From the NCBI GenBank assembly GCA_965279525.1, contig CBDIIB010000005.1, positions 1,152,001-1,216,000 of the forward strand: a stretch of 64,000 bases of DNA. The letters are read 5' to 3'. The position numbers were made by a program, and so were the translations under genes. Origin of the DNA: Tagaea sp. (GTDB taxonomy: Bacteria > Pseudomonadota > Alphaproteobacteria > CACIAM-22H2). Under the pieces are notes generated by a model that was given only the letters and a program-made list of their open reading frames with translations, did not search any database and was not told the DNA's origin. Below are positions 60,084 to 64,000 of this stretch, in pieces (the first letter of the stretch is position 1; the number at the start of each line of letters is the position of its first letter).

Positions 60084-60473
60084 ATGCCTGCCGCAAGATC
60101 GCTACGCGTCCTCGTCGTCGACGACCAGCCCAGCATGCGCGGCCTCGTGCGCAGCTACCTGCGCAAGCTGGGATTCGAATCGATCGACGAAGCCCCGAGC
60201 GGAACCGACGCGCTCAAGGAACTGGCGATGCGCCCCTACAACCTCGTCATCTCCGACTTCAACATGGACAACGGGTCCGGGCTCGACCTGCTCAAGAACA
60301 TGCGCATGCACCCGGTCCTCAAGCGCGTGCCCGTGATCATGGTTACCGGCAACGCCGACAAGGAGACGGTCACGTCGGTGCTGCAGGCCGGCGTCAACGG
60401 CTACGTGGTCAAGCCCGTCTCGCTCGAAGCGCTCAAGCAGCGCGTCGTCCACGTCCTCGGCCAGCTCACCTGA
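60084..60473 (+). CDS. cheY: chemotaxis response regulator CheY
   Basis: VLVVDD, ISDFNM, IMVT, Y.VKP. Confidence 0.92.
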   Translation: MPAARSLRVLVVDDQPSMRGLVRSYLRKLGFESIDEAPSGTDALKELAMRPYNLVISDFNMDNGSGLDLLKNMRMHPVLKRVPVIMVTGNADKETVTSVLQAGVNGYVVKPVSLEALKQRVVHVLGQLT

Positions 60474-60504
60474 TCCGCATGCACTCCCACGAAGGCGATC
60501 GCAG

Positions 60505-62604
60505 ATGAAGATTTCGACGAAGCTGACGGGCCTGATCTGTGCCGCCGCCCTGGTGGCCGGCGGCATGTTCGCCACGATGAGCTATCGCAGCTGGGGCGAG
60601 CTCAAGCTCATGGAGCAGGTCACGGCCGGCGGCATCTATGTGACGCCGCTGCGCGATCTGGGTGAAGGGCTCTACCGGCACAAGGTCGCCCTGCTGAAAG
60701 GGGTCGTGACGGCGAACTTCGATCGCGGCGCCGTGACCCGGCACAAGGACCAGATCCGCAAGTCGCTGGAAAGTCTCGCCGCCGCGGACAAACGGCTGCG
60801 CGCATCCCACGGCCACGGCGTCGATGCACTCGCCGCGGCGAAGCCGGCGATCGACAGGGTCCTGGCGCTCCAGCCGGGCAACGACCTGACGGTTTCGAGC
60901 ATCGTCCAGATCCACGAGGCCTCCTTCGCGCAGTACCGTGAGATCGCCTACGGCTCGGCCGACGCGTTCAACCTGTTGGGCGATACGGAGACCGACGTCG
61001 TGCTGATGATGGTCAACCAGTTCGACGTGTTCCCGAACCTGCTGATGAGCCGCGCCTACCTGATGGGTCGCCTGTTCCTGCTCGACGAGACGCTCGGTGC
61101 CGCCTCGACGTCGGCCCAGGCCCTGCAGGCGCAGCTCGACGGGCTGCAGCAGCAGAAGGGCGCGGTCCAGGAGATCCTGCGCCGCCAGCTGCGCAACGCC
61201 GTGCGCGCCACGAAGGTCGATACGGCCGGGCGCGGCTGGGAGCAGCGCGTCGCGCGCGGAATGGCGCTCCAGGACCGCAGCCAGCGCTTCGAAGGCGCGT
61301 TCGACGCCGCGCTCAAGAGCCTGCCTGCCGCTCCGCTCGTCGTCGCCGACGACGAGGCGTTTCTCGACGCGCTGCTCGAGGGCTGGCGCACGCTGTCCCA
61401 GCAGCTCGATGCAAGTCTCGAATCGCGGCTGAAGGCGCGCACGCAGCGCTTCCAGCTCGAGTCCGCCCTGCTCAGCGTCATGATCCTCGTGCTGTTCTTC
61501 GCGATGTGGCGCATCGTCGGGCGCGTCACGCGCGACATCGGCACGGCGGAAGCGACGACCACCCGGATCGCCGAAGGCAAGCTTGATATCGAGATCGCGG
61601 GTACGGGACGCGCCGACGAAATCGGCGGCCTGATGCGCTCGGTCGAAGTGCTCCGCCAGAACTCGGAAGCCCAGCGCGCACTCCAGGAAAAGGAGAAGGC
61701 GATGCTCGTGCGCCTGTCGACGACCGCAGAGCAGGTCGCCGAGTCGGTCGACGCGATCCGGGCGGCGGCGAGCGAGATCTCGCAGGGCAGCAACGATCTT
61801 GCCACGCGCACCGAACGGCAGGCCTCGGCGCTGCAGCAGACGGTCGCGACGATGGCCGAGATCTCGGCAACCGTATCGATGAACGCGCAGAACTCCGAGC
61901 AGGCGCGCAAGCTCGCCGCTGACGCGCTGGCGCGCGCGGAGAGCGGCGGCAACGCGGTCTCCAGCGTGGTCTCGGCCATGTCGGGCATCGAGGTGTCGTC
62001 CTCGCGAATCGCCGAGATCATCCAGGTGATGGAGGAGATCTCGTTCCAGACCAAGCTGCTCGCCCTCAATGCCGCGGTCGAGGCGGCGCGCGCGGGCGAG
62101 TCCGGCAAGGGCTTCGCGGTCGTGGCGCAGGAGGTGCGTTCGCTCGCCGACCGCTCGCGCCAGGCTTCCCAGCAGATCCGCGAACTGATCGCGCAGAGCA
62201 CGCGCGAGGTCGGCCAGGGCGTGAAGCTCGCCGGCGGTGCGGGCGAAGCGCTGTCGGGCATCGTCGACATCGTGCGCCGCGTGGCGGAGATCGCACCCGA
62301 GATCGCGGCGGGCAGCCGCGAGCAGTCGCGCAGCATCACCGAGATCAACAAGGCGCTGGGCGATCTCGACGCGGCCACGCAGCAGAACGCGGCCCTGGTC
62401 GAGGAAAGCTCGGCGTCGGCCGCTTCGCTTGCCGAACAGGCGGGCCAGCTCGTCGGCGTGGTGTCGAGCTTCCGCAGCGACGGCGGCAGTGCTCCGCCTG
62501 CAGCGACACCCAAACCGGCGCCCGAAAAAACCAGGCCGGCCAAGACACCTGCCCCCGCCGGCAAGGCGGCGCTTCGCGACGGCGACTGGGACGAGGAGTT
62601 CTAG
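60505..62604 (+). CDS. methyl-accepting chemotaxis protein
   Basis: 2 [41 protein letters not shown]-terminal DWDEEF pentapeptide-like tail. Confidence 0.96.
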   Translation: MKISTKLTGLICAAALVAGGMFATMSYRSWGELKLMEQVTAGGIYVTPLRDLGEGLYRHKVALLKGVVTANFDRGAVTRHKDQIRKSLESLAAADKRLRASHGHGVDALAAAKPAIDRVLALQPGNDLTVSSIVQIHEASFAQYREIAYGSADAFNLLGDTETDVVLMMVNQFDVFPNLLMSRAYLMGRLFLLDETLGAASTSAQALQAQLDGLQQQKGAVQEILRRQLRNAVRATKVDTAGRGWEQRVARGMALQDRSQRFEGAFDAALKSLPAAPLVVADDEAFLDALLEGWRTLSQQLDASLESRLKARTQRFQLESALLSVMILVLFFAMWRIVGRVTRDIGTAEATTTRIAEGKLDIEIAGTGRADEIGGLMRSVEVLRQNSEAQRALQEKEKAMLVRLSTTAEQVAESVDAIRAAASEISQGSNDLATRTERQASALQQTVATMAEISATVSMNAQNSEQARKLAADALARAESGGNAVSSVVSAMSGIEVSSSRIAEIIQVMEEISFQTKLLALNAAVEAARAGESGKGFAVVAQEVRSLADRSRQASQQIRELIAQSTREVGQGVKLAGGAGEALSGIVDIVRRVAEIAPEIAAGSREQSRSITEINKALGDLDAATQQNAALVEESSASAASLAEQAGQLVGVVSSFRSDGGSAPPAATPKPAPEKTRPAKTPAPAGKAALRDGDWDEEF

Positions 62605-62617
62605 CCGGCGCGAAAAG

Positions 62618-62977
62618 CTACTTGCCGATCATCCGGCCGAGCGGCTTGCCGCCGAAAATGTGCATGTGCAGATGCGGCACTTCCTGGTTGCCCTCGACGC
62701 CGCAGTTGGACAGCACGCGGTAGCCCGCATCAGCCACGCCGACAAGGCGCGCCACGTCGCCCACGGCCTTCAGGAACGCGCCCTGCTCGGCCACGCTGGC
62801 GTTGGCGGTGAAATCGTCCATCGACACGTAGGCACCCTTCGGGATCACCAGCACATGGACGGGCGTCTGCGGGGCAATGTCGTGGAAGGCGAGCACGTGC
62901 TCGTTCTCGTAGACCTTCTTGCACGGGATCTCGCCGCGCAGGATCTTCGCGAACACGTTGTTCGGATCGTAGGCCAT
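62618..62977 (-). CDS. hinT: histidine triad nucleotide-binding protein
   Basis: YD.NNVFAKILRGEIPC, HVLVIPK, QEVPHLHMHI. Confidence 0.93.
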   Translation of the reverse strand: MAYDPNNVFAKILRGEIPCKKVYENEHVLAFHDIAPQTPVHVLVIPKGAYVSMDDFTANASVAEQGAFLKAVGDVARLVGVADAGYRVLSNCGVEGNQEVPHLHMHIFGGKPLGRMIGK

Positions 62978-62993
62978 CGCGCGGTCCCCGGGC

Positions 62994-63350
62994 TCAATCG
63001 TCCTTGTCGGGATCGCGCGACGCCTTCTCGGCCACGCCCGAGAGGCCGGCCCGGCGCGACAGCTCGTCCCAGATCTCGTGCGGCTCGATATGCGCGTCGG
63101 CCCACAGCACGAGCAGGTGGTACATGAGGTCCGCGCTCTCGTCGACGAGGCGCTTGCGGTTGTTGCGGATCGCCTCGATGACGACCTCGACCGCTTCCTC
63201 GCCGACCTTCTGCGCGATCTTCTTGGTGCCCTTCTGGAAGAGCTTGGCCGTGTGCGAGACTTCGGGATCGGCATTGCGCCGGCTCTCGATCGTGCGGTAG
63301 AGCCGCAGGATCACGTCGTCGGCATTCGGGGGCGTCGGGTTCATGGCCAT
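62994..63350 (-). CDS. hisE: phosphoribosyl-ATP pyrophosphatase
   Basis: SHTAKL..KG..KIAQKVGEEAVE, ESADL.YHL.VL. Confidence 0.95.
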   Translation of the reverse strand: MAMNPTPPNADDVILRLYRTIESRRNADPEVSHTAKLFQKGTKKIAQKVGEEAVEVVIEAIRNNRKRLVDESADLMYHLLVLWADAHIEPHEIWDELSRRAGLSGVAEKASRDPDKDD

Positions 63351-63381
63351 GCCCTGAAAATGGCAGAGCGGGGCCGCGAAC

Positions 63382-64000
63382 TCAAGCCGGGCGCACCGGC
63401 ACGCCTGCGGCGGCCAGATGCGCCTTCACTTGGGCGATCGTGTACGTACCGAAATGGAAGACCGAAGCGGCCAGCAATGCGGCCGCATGGCCCTCGCGCA
63501 CGCCGTCGGTGAAATGGTCGAGCGTGCCCACGCCGCCCGACGCGATGACCGGGACCGAGACCGCGTCGGCGATGGCGCGGGTCAGCTCCGTGTCGTAGCC
63601 GGCCTTGGTGCCGTCGCGGTCCATCGAGGTCAGCAGGATCTCCCCCGCCCCCAGCTCGACCATGCGCCTGGCCCAGCCGATGGCTTCCAGCCCCGTTGGG
63701 TTGCGCCCGCCATGGGTGAAGACCTCGAACCGGCCGCCCGCCACGCGCTTGGCGTCGACCGCGACGGTCACGCACTGGCTGCCGAACTTCTCGGCCGCCT
63801 CGCGCACGAATTCGGGCCGCGTGACGGCCGCGGTGTTGATCGAGGCTTTGTCGGCCCCGGCGAGCAAGAGCTTGCGGATGTCGTCCACGCCGCGTACGCC
63901 GCCGCCCACGGTCAGCGGCATGAAGCAGCGCGCGGCCGTGCGTGCCACCACGTCGTAGATCGTCTCGCGGTTCTCGTGGCTCGCCGCGATGTCGAGGAAG
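63382..64000 (-). CDS. hisF: imidazole glycerol phosphate synthase subunit HisF (5' end outside window)
   Basis: [53 protein letters not shown]. Confidence 0.96.
   Translation of the reverse strand, partial: FLDIAASHENRETIYDVVARTAARCFMPLTVGGGVRGVDDIRKLLLAGADKASINTAAVTRPEFVREAAEKFGSQCVTVAVDAKRVAGGRFEVFTHGGRNPTGLEAIGWARRMVELGAGEILLTSMDRDGTKAGYDTELTRAIADAVSVPVIASGGVGTLDHFTDGVREGHAAALLAASVFHFGTYTIAQVKAHLAAAGVPVRPA

Overview
High-GC alphaproteobacterial chromosome (probably Rhodospirillales-like; inferred from gene content and an alpha-type LexA box). The host flanks carry LysR, a YjgN-like gene, an extensin-like gene, oxyR-ahpC-ahpD, an HD-GYP/histidine kinase cluster, a che operon and hinT-hisE-hisF. 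The comM/yifB gene is split by a complete 43,290-bp Tn7-like transposon (11183-54472) with a 5-bp GGCGG target duplication and atypical TGGAAAC...GTTTCCA ends. The right arm holds tnsA-tnsB-tnsC and tniQ interleaved with two cyclic-nucleotide defence modules. One is a type II CBASS (inverted CapV, DncV-like cyclase, Cap2, Cap3) lying between tnsC and tniQ. The other, downstream of tniQ, combines a divergent DisA_N/diadenylate-cyclase-like gene, a Cap15/S-2TMbeta effector, a CD-NTase fused to AGS-C and a small ORF. This second module is the best candidate for an undescribed system: a DAC-fold 'guard/decoy' or dual-signal CBASS variant. The left arm has a TnsE-like ORF and a LexA-box-controlled four-gene operon (Cys-rich protein, Lon-type AAA ATPase, phage-type protein, DEDD exonuclease). 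The middle is about 25 kb of catabolic cargo (two sulfatase/sugar-ABC clusters and a peptide-type ABC/dehydratase/AraD block bounded by IS3-like ends). All protein calls are from motif recognition by eye; no database searches were run.
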